Virus record (IMG/VR): IMGVR_UViG_3300040801_002121
DNA from: a virus
DNA length: 64,000 nucleotides
Strand: one strand, 5' to 3'
Shown: in pieces, positions 44,807-51,100 of the stretch
Layout: each line of letters starts with the position of its first letter
Numbering within the stretch: position 1 is the first letter of the stretch
Notes under the pieces: model-generated
Seen by the model: only the letters and a program-made list of their open reading frames with translations
What the model was told of the DNA's origin: nothing
Databases searched by the model: none
Translations under genes and position numbers: made by a program

Positions 44807-44817
44807 ACAAGTTTCAA

Positions 44818-44849
44818 AGCGTCATTCCTTCCGGGAGTGGCGCTTTTTT
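44818..44849 (+). terminator. rho-independent terminator
   Basis: AGCGTCATTCC..GGGAGTGGCGCT (G:U-tolerant stem), then TTTTTT. Confidence 0.65.
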
Positions 44850-44857
44850 CGTTTTAT

Positions 44858-44942
44858 CCGTGGGTTCAGTCAGGGGCACTGACAGACGGCCTGTAAAGCC
44901 TGACCTTAACCGGGAGTAGTTCGACTCTACACCCACGGACCA
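44858..44942 (+). tRNA. tRNA-Tyr(GTA), irregular anticodon stem
   Basis: Acceptor CCGTGGG/CCCACGG; D arm CAGT-CAGGGGC-ACTG; loop CTGTAAA flanked by only GGC/GCC; T loop TTCGACT; CCA. Confidence 0.6.
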
Positions 44943-44984
44943 AATTCAATGTAATCAAGGAGATTGCTAAGTTTACGATCTGAC

Positions 44985-45063
44985 GTGCCGCTGGGCAAAT
45001 TTGGTAAAGTCGCTCGCCTCAGAAGCGAGAGTTCTCCCGGTTCGAGTCCGGGGCGGCGCACCA
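44985..45063 (+). tRNA. tRNA-Leu(CAG) with short (6-nt) variable region
   Basis: Acceptor GTGCCGC/GCGGCGC; Leu-type D loop AAATTTGGTAAA; anticodon arm CTCGC-CTCAGAA-GCGAG; variable AGTTCT; T arm CCCGG-TTCGAGT-CCGGG; A73; CCA. Confidence 0.75.
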
Positions 45064-45070
45064 GATCGAT

Positions 45071-45154
45071 GGGGATATGGCGAAATTTGGTAAACGTAGC
45101 GTCTTGAGAGGGCGTGGCTTCGGCTTCTGGGTTCAAGTCCCAGTATCCCCACCA
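45071..45154 (+). tRNA. tRNA-Leu(GAG)
   Basis: Acceptor GGGGATA/TATCCCC; anticodon arm GCGTC-TTGAGAG-GGCGT; 11-nt variable arm; T arm CTGGG-TTCAAGT-CCCAG; CCA. Confidence 0.82.
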
Positions 45155-45163
45155 AGTTCGAAT

Positions 45164-45238
45164 GCCGGATTAGCTCAGTGGTAGTAGCAGGGCCGTCGTA
45201 ACGCCAAGACAAGAGTTCGATTCTCTTATCCGGCTCCA
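45164..45238 (+). tRNA. tRNA-Thr(CGT), weak anticodon stem
   Basis: Acceptor GCCGGAT/ATCCGGC; anticodon loop GTCGTAA; T arm AAGAG-TTCGATT-CTCTT; CCA. Confidence 0.7.
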
Positions 45239-45253
45239 TCGTTAAAATATGTG

Positions 45254-45281
45254 TTGACATATAATTTGCAGGGAATATACG
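45254..45281 (+). promoter_or_regulatory. promoter
   Basis: TTGACA (45254-45259), 16 nt, TATACG (45276-45281). Confidence 0.55.
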
Positions 45282-45297
45282 CAGTAACAGATTTCAT

Positions 45298-45377
45298 GGT
45301 GTTGGTAGCTCAGTTGGTTAGAGCGGGAGGTTGTGAACCTCTGTCAGTCGTGGGTTCAAGTCCCATCCTTCACCCCA
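45298..45377 (+). tRNA. tRNA-His(GTG)
   Basis: G-1 present and C73; anticodon arm GGAGG-TTGTGAA-CCTCT; T arm GTGGG-TTCAAGT-CCCAT; CCA. Acceptor has two U:U mismatches. Confidence 0.75.
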
Positions 45378-45382
45378 GTTAT

Positions 45383-45448
45383 GAGGCCACGCCCCAGACT
45401 TAGACAGGGGCCGGTTGATCAGCGGGTTCAAGTCCCGGTGGCCTCCCA
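45383..45448 (+). tRNA. aberrant 64-66 nt tRNA-like element lacking one arm
   Basis: Acceptor GAGGCCA/TGGCCTC is perfect; T arm (G)CGGG-TTCAAGT-CCCG(G). The only other helix is GCCCC(A)G-ACTTAGA-C(A)GGGGC, followed by an 11-nt linker. Confidence 0.4.
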
Positions 45449-45449
45449 T

Positions 45450-45527
45450 TGCACGTCTTGCTGGCTGGTCCGGCCGCCTGACTCTGAATCAGGAAAGATA
45501 GAGGTTCGAGTCCTCGGCGTGCATCCA
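45450..45527 (+). tRNA. tRNA-Gln(CTG)
   Basis: U1:A72 acceptor TGCACGT/GCGTGCA; anticodon arm CCTGA-CTCTGAA-TCAGG; T loop TTCGAGT; CCA. Confidence 0.82.
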
Positions 45528-45578
45528 GTTTGCGGAGATAGTTATGAAGACAGTTGAAAGCCCAGATCGACAACCTAA

Positions 45579-45652
45579 TGCCCCTTCGGCTAATGGTAAG
45601 TCAGCGCCCTTTGAAGGCGAAGACGTTGGTTCGATCCCAACAGGGGCATCCA
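45579..45652 (+). tRNA. tRNA-Gln(TTG)
   Basis: U1:A72 acceptor TGCCCCT/AGGGGCA; anticodon loop CTTTGAA; T arm GTTGG-TTCGATC-CCAAC; CCA. Confidence 0.85.
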
Positions 45653-45668
45653 GACAAGTAGGCGAGTG

Positions 45669-45812
45669 ATGGTAGCACCCATCGACCGCCTGAGAGCAGT
45701 TCCAGTGGACGGCAAGGAAGGCACGTTCATTCTGGTGGACAAGGTAACAGGAGAGCCGTTCGATGTAGCGGCCGAGATCAACAAGGCGTTCATCGCCGGA
45801 AAGTGCAGGTAA
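45669..45812 (+). CDS. possible 47-aa protein (MVAPIDRLRAVPVDGKEGTFILVDKVTGEPFDVAAEINKAFIAGKCR)
   Basis: Short ORF between two tRNAs with a weak RBS. Below the ORF-track cutoff. Confidence 0.35.
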   Translation: MVAPIDRLRAVPVDGKEGTFILVDKVTGEPFDVAAEINKAFIAGKCR

Positions 45813-45815
45813 TTC

Positions 45816-45903
45816 GGAGTGTGCTGGGGTTGGCTCCCCACGCGGTTTGCTAAATCGTAGTGGCCTTCACGGGTCAGAGGTTCGATGCCTCCACGCTCCT
45901 CCA
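45816..45903 (+). tRNA. tRNA-Ser(GCT)
   Basis: Acceptor GGAGTGT/ACGCTCC; anticodon arm GCGGT-TTGCTAA-ATCGT; long variable arm; T loop TTCGATG; CCA. Confidence 0.82.
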
Positions 45904-45910
45904 ACTTTAT

Positions 45911-45985
45911 GCGACGGTGGCGGAGTATTATCGCGCTTGGCTGCAAACTAAGAGAACGCCGGTGAGATTCCGGCCCGTCGCTCCA
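45911..45985 (+). tRNA. tRNA-Cys(GCA) with non-canonical D and T loops
   Basis: Acceptor GCGACGG/CCGTCGC; anticodon arm CTTGG-CTGCAAA-CTAAG; T arm GCCGG-TGAGATT-CCGGC (no TTC); D loop AGTATTA (no GG); CCA. Confidence 0.75.
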
Positions 45986-46000
45986 GATCAAAGACACTGT

Positions 46001-46074
46001 GGGGGTGTCGTCTAACGGTAAGACCCCGGCTTCCAACTCCGGTAATTAGGGTTCGACTCCTTACTCCCCCGCCA
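46001..46074 (+). tRNA. tRNA-Trp(CCA)
   Basis: Acceptor GGGGGTG/CTCCCCC; anticodon loop TTCCAAC; T arm TAGGG-TTCGACT-CCTTA; G73; CCA. Confidence 0.82.
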
Positions 46075-46083
46075 AGTCAACAT

Positions 46084-46159
46084 GCCGGTGTAGCTCAGAG
46101 GCCAGAGCAGCGCTCTTGTAAAGCGAAGGTCGTCGGTTCGACTCCGACCTCCGGCTCCA
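46084..46159 (+). tRNA. tRNA-Thr(TGT)
   Basis: Acceptor GCCGGTG/CTCCGGC; anticodon loop CTTGTAA; T arm GTCGG-TTCGACT-CCGAC; CCA. Confidence 0.85.
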
Positions 46160-46228
46160 TTTTCCACTTGACAAGTTCCCCCTTATCGTTACAGGTGTTG
46201 TCACCGAAACGAATCAAAGGAGGTTTTC

Positions 46229-46345
46229 ATGATCATCGGAGGTTTATTTTTCTTGTTCTGTCTTTACCTCATTGGAGGTAAAGAACTGGCAGGAGGTGTT
46301 GTCAAGCTTGTTTTAGGTGTGGGCCTCCTCCTTCTGTTTCTCTGA
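46229..46345 (+). CDS. 38-aa hydrophobic membrane peptide (MIIGGLFFLFCLYLIGGKELAGGVVKLVLGVGLLLLFL)
   Basis: Strong RBS AAAGGAGG 7 nt upstream. Two hydrophobic segments. Below the ORF-track cutoff. Confidence 0.65.
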   Translation: MIIGGLFFLFCLYLIGGKELAGGVVKLVLGVGLLLLFL

Positions 46346-46348
46346 ACC

Positions 46349-46422
46349 AGTCCTGTAGCTTAATGGTAAAGCTGGGGCCTCATAAGCCTTAGATGGTGGT
46401 TCAATTCCATCCGGGACTACCA
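46349..46422 (+). tRNA. tRNA-Met(CAT) (elongator or Ile2-type)
   Basis: Acceptor AGTCCTG/CGGGACT; anticodon arm GGGGC-CTCATAA-GCCTT; T arm GGTGG-TTCAATT-CCATC; CCA. Confidence 0.82.
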
Positions 46423-46423
46423 T

Positions 46424-46501
46424 GCGGGCGTGGCGAAATTGGTAAACGCACGGGATTTAAGCTTCCGCAAACTGAGAGTTCGAGTCTCTCCGCCCGCACC
46501 A
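46424..46501 (+). tRNA. tRNA-Leu(TAA) with short (6-nt) variable region
   Basis: Acceptor GCGGGCG/CGCCCGC; Leu-type D loop AAATTGGTAAA; anticodon arm CGGGA-TTTAAGC-TTCCG; variable CAAACT; T arm GAGAG-TTCGAGT-CTCTC; A73; CCA. Confidence 0.78.
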
Positions 46502-46509
46502 TTTTCTGC

Positions 46510-46538
46510 TTGACAAATCCGAATCAGTCTGGCAGTAT
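46510..46538 (+). promoter_or_regulatory. promoter of the tmRNA transcription unit
   Basis: TTGACA (46510-46515), 17 nt, CAGTAT (46533-46538). Confidence 0.55.
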
Positions 46539-46544
46539 TCTCAC

Positions 46545-46930
46545 ATGATCGTAATTCGATCGACTGAATTTTGGTCTGGACGCGGGGGCAGAGCCCGCCA
46601 CCTCCACCATCTATTCTCGCAGGCGGTAAGTGTCCGAATGCGAAGCTCATGACCGGGGAGCAACAGGTTGTCCCGGCGCGATGCGAGGATAGTTGATGGG
46701 GGTGAATTTAGGATCGACAGGCCCGATGAAAGAAGAGCGCGATCAAGCTTGACCGACTTTAACAGGTCACCGCATGTAAATGCAATCGACAACGTAGTTG
46801 TCGCCAACGACAACGACGCCGAGGTTCGCCTCGCCGCCTGAGTTGGCAAAATCCCTGCGGCGATCAACTCCGTAGGTGGCGTATTGGCTCCACGTAGCAA
46901 CAGGACGGGCCAGTTAGTTTTATGGACCCT
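46545..46930 (+). ncRNA. ssrA: two-piece, circularly permuted tmRNA (acceptor piece ~46545-46609, coding piece from 46698; 3' end uncertain, may reach ~47030)
   Basis: Upstream T arm GCGGG-GGCAGAG-CCCGC plus CACCTCC-ACCA (46582-46609). Downstream GGGGGTG-AATTTAGGATCGACAGG (46698-) pairs perfectly with it, including G3:U70. Tag ORF GCC..TGA at 46803-46841 encodes ANDNDAEVRLAA. Confidence 0.8.
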
Positions 46931-47035
46931 GCACCGCTACGAGTATGTGCGAGAGTCACTACCAAGGGCCGGATCGCAACCGGTTCCAGTCGTGGCAAGG
47001 CATTTGTTTACGAATGGGGGTCCGCCAAGTTACCA

Positions 47036-47159
47036 GAGAGTCTGCTGGAATGGTAGACGGGGCTGGCGAGGACCTATAAATCCACTCATGGTCCAAACCG
47101 GCTGTCTCGCGGCAGTGGATAGCTGCAAAGACGTGAGGGTTCGAATCCCTCGGCTCTCT
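47036..47159 (+). other. oversized (124 nt) tRNA-Leu-like RNA with expanded anticodon and variable arms
   Basis: Acceptor GAGAGTC/GGCTCTC; Leu-type D arm CTG-GAATGGTAGA-CGG; canonical T arm GAGGG-TTCGAAT-CCCTC. The stem GCTGG/CCGGC encloses 31 nt, including the GGACC..GGTCC hairpin. No CCA. Confidence 0.5.
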
Positions 47160-47166
47160 GGTTAAA

Positions 47167-47237
47167 GTGTCGTCAGCCCACCTCGGTATGCTTAGAGCAG
47201 GAAGAGAAGAGCGAAGGTGGTGAGACGCTTTTTTTTT
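47167..47237 (+). terminator. strong terminator ending the tmRNA unit
   Basis: Long imperfect stem GTGTCGTCAGCCCACCTCG..CGAAGGTGGTGAGACGC followed by T9. Confidence 0.7.
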
Positions 47238-47238
47238 G

Positions 47239-47267
47239 TTGACAGGCCGGATGAATTGTCCTATCAA
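47239..47267 (+). promoter_or_regulatory. promoter of the ~0.37 kb ncRNA
   Basis: TTGACA (47239-47244), 17 nt, TATCAA (47262-47267). Confidence 0.65.
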
Positions 47268-47273
47268 CAGATC

Positions 47274-47643
47274 AACGAAACGAAGTGATTCGCTCTCTTC
47301 GTCAGACCTGATCTAGCCGACGGGCGAAAGATCAATGAAACAGGTCACAGGATGCCGACCATGGAAACGGCCTGTGGAATGCGGAGATTGGTCAGGGCTG
47401 ATGAAGATGGTGATTCGACCCGCGATGGGACTTTGCTCGGTCCTTAGAGCACGCGGTATAAGGGAGCTTGCGCCTCGGGCTTCTAACGAATTGTAGCGGA
47501 CGGCTGCGTCACAGGATGGCGTGGAGATAAGCCGCTAGAGGCCGTAGTTACCGTATCCCGGAGAACCGTCTGTCTCCGCTTTCGATGACCGGGATGCACA
47601 GGCCCGCCTCCGCTGTAAAGCGTCGAGGCGGGTCTTTACTTTT
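47274..47643 (+). ncRNA. ~370-nt non-coding RNA of unknown class
   Basis: Own promoter and an intrinsic terminator (CCCGCCTC..GAGGCGGG + TCTTTACTTTT, 47603-47643). No plus-strand ORF. Confidence 0.55.
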
Positions 47644-47649
47644 AACGCA

Positions 47650-47691
47650 GGGCAAATTTTGCTTGACATATAGGGCCCACTTAGGTAACAA
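47650..47691 (+). promoter_or_regulatory. promoter with GGGCAAATTTTGC upstream element
   Basis: GGGCAAATTTTGC-TTGACA (47663-47668), 17 nt, TAACAA (47686-47691). Confidence 0.6.
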
Positions 47692-47721
47692 TATAAGCTC
47701 CTTTCCCGACAAGGACCTTAC

Positions 47722-48171
47722 ATGACTACCATCGCTTATCGATCCGGCGTGCTGGCCGCAGACACGCTGATTGCCTACCATACCATCACAAACGGAGAAC
47801 GTGACAAGATTGAGCGATGTGGAGATTTTCTGGTGGCCATGGCCGGTGCTACGTGGGTGCGGCCAATTCTCGAAGAGTGGGTCGCCCATGGGTGTGATCC
47901 CAATGAAGTTCCCGAACAGCTTCTCGACAATCAAGAAAAATTTGCCGCGTTGATCATTGGTCCCAATGGTCTCGCACATGAATTTGACAGCGGATACCTT
48001 GTCCCTGTCCACGCCGATTACACCGCAATCGGATCAGGCGCTCTTATTGCTATGGGCGCTATGGCTCACGGAGCCACTGCCGAAGAAGCTGTGATGGCCG
48101 CTTCTCGGCATGATAAAGCAACTGGTGGCCCGGTGACCGCCCACAAAGTTGAAGGCCTTCCATGCTCCTGA
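47722..48171 (+). CDS. HslV/proteasome-beta-like Ntn-hydrolase peptidase
   Basis: N-terminus MTTIAYRSGVLAADT (Thr nucleophile after Met), then ..KIERCGDFLVAMAGA.., matching the HslV TTIV..G.V..A.D..K(V).R..(V)A.AG pattern. Confidence 0.6.
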   Translation: MTTIAYRSGVLAADTLIAYHTITNGERDKIERCGDFLVAMAGATWVRPILEEWVAHGCDPNEVPEQLLDNQEKFAALIIGPNGLAHEFDSGYLVPVHADYTAIGSGALIAMGAMAHGATAEEAVMAASRHDKATGGPVTAHKVEGLPCS

Positions 48172-51100
48172 CTGAACTTATCAGCGACATCTTCGCTCGC
48201 ACTACCGGTGCCGTCACGGTTATCAATGAAGACGGCGAAAAACTCACAAGCACTGATCTCATCGAAGTTGGTAAGTTCGCTTCCGCGTGTGACGATCCGT
48301 GGATTGATCTTGTAACTGACAAGCTCGAAGCTATCGGGACAACGGTGATGGGCAAGGCGGATGCCTTGCTCAATGAACCTACTGTTGTTCTGGCTGACGG
48401 TGCTGCTTTTCTCTTCGACGGTGATCCCGTCGCTGGTGATAAGCAAGGCTTTCACTGGCTTCCGTTGGTTGATCTGCAAGAGACCATCGACAAGGCTGGC
48501 TCGATCGATGACATCCCGTGGTGTGCTTCAAACGAATTTGACCTGTCAACGGAGGCGTCACAGCGTGAGATCACGTTGATGACTGGCCGCAATCGCTCTG
48601 AGTATCAGGGTAAGTGGAAGCCAGTCCCTTCGACCTTCGGCCAGTTTGCGGCTGTTTTGTGTGATCACCTGCCGGGTAAGAAAGATGGCCCTTGCTTCTT
48701 GCAAGGCGAGGCGGCGGGCGGCACGCGTAAAGCGGTCGCTATGATCTCGAACGAAATCCTTGGCGTGGACCTCGACTCCGGTGCTCCGCTTGAAGACGTG
48801 ATCGACACGATCCAGAAGTTTGGGCTCGATGCGGTGATTTACACCACCCACAGCCACATGAAGGATACCAGCGTCATCAAGCGCGACCACTTCATGAAGA
48901 AGATGGACACGAGCGACGCTGATCCTGAGCTTCTGCGTGACTACCTCATCGAGTGGAAAGGCATCCTGCCTGCGATCGTTGAAGACCTCGAAGTCATCGA
49001 CGATGCTCATCACTCAGAGGAAGGCATCGTCATCCTCGTCAAACACAAGCCGATGCCGAAGTTCCGGGCGGTCTTCTCGCTCAAGGAACCGTTCGTATTT
49101 GCCAAGCGTGGGGGCACCCAGAAGGACGCCATCGCCGAGTGGAAAGAACGCTACGCTGGCTTCTGCACCGCACTCGGGCTCTTCTTCGATGAGAAGTGCG
49201 TCGATCCGGCGCGTTTGTTCTATCTACCACGTCACCCGAAGGGTAACACCAGCTTTGGTTCTTGGCGTATTGTCGGTGATCCGCTTGATCTCGACAAGTT
49301 TGATCGTGTGAAGATCAGCCGACGCCGCAAGAACCAACGCGGCGCTGGCCCGGCCAACGCGTTCACAGACGCATCGGGTGGCGAGTCGGCGAGTGATGAT
49401 GATGATCGGGATCGCTACAAATTCGATGGCAAGAACTTGCTTAGCTGGGCGAAAAAACATGCACACAAGTTCGAAGTTCAAACGATGCTTGAAGAGTGCA
49501 TCGGCGGCGATTTCATTCGCGAGGATCGCGGCGGAAAGCCCGGAGTCCACGTCGAGTGTCCTTTCGAAGCCGAGCATTCCAGCTTCGGCGGAATGGGCAC
49601 GTTCGTGGTCAACGCTTCGGACAATATCGAAGAAGGCTACGATTCTGGTTTTACCTTCACCTGCGTCCACGATGCGTGCTCCGGCCGCGACCGCTTGGAT
49701 TTCCTTCGCGAGTTGTTGGAACAAGAACTAATCACGTGGGACGATCTCACGAATCCTGAGTTCATGATCGAGCTTGAGGAAGAAGAGGATGATGAACAAT
49801 CAGACTCAGCCTATGGTAATCAACCAGCACGCCAAAAACGCCACACCCAGCAAACGCCGCAAGAGCGTGAGCAGGAACATGATGAGCAAGTGGCTGACGA
49901 TGATTTCGGCGACGATGAAGTTTCCATGCTCAAGGCCTTCAACCGCCGTTATGCGGTGATCCGCACGGCAGCGGGAGTTCGCATCTTGGTTGAACCCCGC
50001 ACGCCCGATGAACACGTCCGGTTCGAAACCCAGAACGATGTCGCGCTTTTCGAACGCCAACGGGTCCTTTTCCTTGAGCAGAAGAATAAGAGCGGCGGCA
50101 CCTCGGTCCAGAAAGTGCAAGCTTTCCAGCGCTGGCTTGAATGGGATGAGCGACGCACGTATCGCGACGTGGTGTTCAAGCCCGGTGTGAAGACTCCAAA
50201 GGATGTCTACAACCTGTTCCGTGGTTGGCCGTATGAGCCGCAGGAAACGACGTGGCAAGACCCGATGGAGAACTTCGACAAGCCGGTCGAGGGTGATTGG
50301 TCGATGCTGCGTGGTCATCTCTACGAAAATATCTGTGAGAAGAACGACGAATGGTTTGAGTGGTTCATGACATGGATGGCTCAGCTTTTCCAGAATCCAA
50401 GCTCAAAGCCCGGTTCGACCGTGGTTATCACTGGTGACAAGGGAACTGGTAAGTCAACGCTGTTTGATTTCCTCAACCAGTTGCTCGGTCGTTGTGGTAT
50501 TACCGTATCGCAGCGTAAGCAGATCGTTGGACAGTTCAATGGGCACCTTGCTGAATGTTTGCTCATGGTCTGCGAAGAAGCCTTCTGGGCAGCCGATCCG
50601 CAAGCCGAAGGTGTGCTCAAGGACATGATCACAAACCGCAGCATGTTGATTGAGCGCAAAGGCGCTGACCCGATTCAAGCTGACAACTACACGCGGCTGG
50701 CGTTGATCTCAAACAGTGATTGGGTTGTCCCGGCGTCACTGAAAGACGAACGTCGTTTCTTCGTTCTGCGTTGCGGTAACCAACGGCGCGGCGATATTCA
50801 CTTCTGGGAAGACTGCCGAAACCAGATGATGAAGAAGGGTGGTCTTGAAGCCATGCTGTATGATCTCATGCATTGGGAGCCTAGTAACGGCACATTCGGC
50901 TCGCTGTTCACGCCTCCGCACACACCCTATCTGCAACAGCAACAGATCGAAACTCTTTCGGGCCTTCAAAAGTTCATGCTCGAACTGGTTAAAGCTGGGG
51001 TGTATGAGCCAACAGACGATCACTATGAGCCGATCGAGCTATCTGCGACCGAGGAGACGAAGGTCTGGGCACTCCACATGCGGGGCGCTGTCCAAGATTA

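Noticed and set aside
45557-45682. 41-aa ORF MKTVESPDRQPNAPSANGK... with a GGAG-like RBS.
   Set aside because: Most of it is the tRNA-Gln(TTG) gene read as protein.
40942-46036. Track ORFs of 60-148 aa lying across the tRNA cluster: 40942..41139-, 41342..41539-, 41463..41657-, 42636..42824-, 43018..43263+, 43140..43343+, 44716..44919+, 44927..45136-, 44973..45260-, 45333..45557+, 45590..46036-.
   Set aside because: Each is built from tRNA gene sequence, often several tRNAs in a row. They lack an RBS and many start at TTG or GTG. The cloverleaf folds explain the sequence better.
47131-47159. Reading the T arm GAGGG-TTCGAAT-CCCTC plus GGCTCTC as the 3' end of a conventional one-piece tmRNA starting at GGGGGTG (46698).
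   Set aside because: GGCTCTC pairs with GGGGGTG only through several wobbles and a mismatch, with no proper G3:U70 and no CCA. The upstream CACCTCC-ACCA pairs perfectly. That T arm also has its own matching 5' strand (GAGAGTC) and D arm.
46417-47267. ORFs 46417..46650-, 46541..46900-, 46884..47165+ and 46959..47267- over the tmRNA and the tRNA-like element.
   Set aside because: They overlap the tmRNA acceptor and coding pieces, the tag frame and a T arm. There are no translation signals.
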